Positions 63,452 through 64,000 of a stretch of DNA of 64,000 nt are shown here, piece by piece. The stretch spans positions 4,224 to 68,223 of the forward strand of contig JAGATW010000074.1 in assembly GCA_017621085.1 (NCBI GenBank). The letters run 5' to 3'. How positions within the stretch are numbered: the first letter of the stretch is position 1; each line of letters begins with the position of its first letter. The stretch comes from Clostridia bacterium (lineage in GTDB: Bacteria > Bacillota > Clostridia > Oscillospirales > CAG-272). The notes beneath the pieces were generated by a model. That model saw only the letters and a program-made list of their open reading frames with translations. It was not told where the DNA came from and searched no databases. Position numbers and translations under genes: made by a program.

Positions 63452-64000
63452 ATGAAGACAAAATGTTATTACAATTTTAAATGGTCGCAAGATATAGAAA
63501 ACATACTTATAAAACACAAAGTTAATTATAAAAAGGTAGAGTGTAAGGGTATACAGGGCTCCGTAATATCGTACCCTGATATGTTGAATTTTACTATAAA
63601 TAAAGAGGACAAGGCATATAGCTTAATTAAAGAATATTTGCCAAAGCCTAACACCTGCTGGCTTGAATTTAGCGAAAAGGAGCTAAAGGAGGCAAAATGG
63701 TTGTATATGCGTTCAACAAATATGAAGATAAATGTTGAAAATGACGCAGTTAATTGGCTATGCCCAAATAATAGCTCAGCCGATAAAAAAAGTATGTTCC
63801 ATATGAAGCAAATAAAAGCCTTTGAAATTAAGCCGGTCAAATGGAACAGCAATAATCATTTCTATTCCTCATATGTGTGTGGGTATGATGTTATTTTTTG
63901 TGATAGCTTCGCTATGGATTTCATTAAACAGAACAATCTTACAGGAGTAGAATTCTGTAATGTAATATGGCACAAGAAAAATCAAATCTTACCAAGCACG
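63452..64000 (+). CDS. hypothetical protein, 3' end outside the window
   Basis: Absent from the ORF track. My translation from the ATG at 63452 stays open for 183 codons to the window edge (MKTKCYYNFKWSQDIENILIKHKVNYKKVECKGIQGSV...FCNVIWHKKNQILPST). No family recognised. Confidence 0.5.
   Translation, partial: MKTKCYYNFKWSQDIENILIKHKVNYKKVECKGIQGSVISYPDMLNFTINKEDKAYSLIKEYLPKPNTCWLEFSEKELKEAKWLYMRSTNMKINVENDAVNWLCPNNSSADKKSMFHMKQIKAFEIKPVKWNSNNHFYSSYVCGYDVIFCDSFAMDFIKQNNLTGVEFCNVIWHKKNQILPST

Noticed and set aside
1-64000. Mobile genetic element boundaries (integrase, transposase, att-like direct repeats) around the TIR locus or the polysaccharide locus.
   Set aside because: I could find no integrase, transposase or recombinase-like ORF. 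There is no adjacent tRNA, and I saw no flanking direct repeats by eye. Any horizontal origin must be tested by comparative genomics and cannot be asserted from this window.

Overview
This 64 kb window looks like a low-GC Firmicutes (Clostridia-like) chromosomal segment with about 60 protein genes. I recognised no rRNA, tRNA, CRISPR array, transposase or integrase. All family calls come from reading motifs in the supplied translations, not from any search.

Gene content, left to right:
- 0-12 kb, housekeeping: a truncated REC response regulator, pnp, rpsO, a split TSUP pair, ftsK/spoIIIE, tmk, a DJ-1 protein, 5-formyl-THF cyclo-ligase and lipoproteins.
- 12-20 kb: a mini-hairpin repeat array, a DUF2019-like gene, a 970 aa membrane-tethered XRE regulator with extracellular His/Cys repeats and BspA-type LRRs, and a divergent heparinase-II/III-like and GH95-like pair.
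- 20.5-23.2 kb: nrdR and a type III glutamine synthetase.
- 23.45-42.06 kb: an 18.6 kb single-strand Wzx/Wzy-type polysaccharide locus. It encodes an aminotransferase, a PglC-like priming transferase, two ATP-grasp enzymes, 6-7 glycosyltransferases, an acetyltransferase, a pyruvyl transferase with an FrhB-like Fe-S partner, ugd, and two tandem NTP_transf_5 proteins.
- 42-49 kb: an extended mscL, a repeat-rich surface lipoprotein, a DegV gene, fakA and plsY.
- 48.9-49.2 kb: a 184 bp tandem duplication that includes a gene 3' end.
- 49.2-51.5 kb: an SDR and a GH31-like gene.
- 57.6-64 kb: a nicotinamidase-like gene overlapping an ECF-S-component::LarA fusion, cvpA-like and membrane genes, a second mini-hairpin array, and a Gfo/Idh/MocA oxidoreductase.

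The most interesting locus is at 51.5-57.5 kb on the minus strand. It has its own promoters and terminators and encodes four proteins:
- a TM-anchored protein with a C-terminal GNAT domain;
- a free-standing TIR protein;
- a 999 aa protein with TIR, a degenerate P-loop (STAND-like) region and a YfbR-type HD domain;
- a 4xCxxC zinc-ribbon protein.

This combination does not match any named defence or signalling system that I know of.
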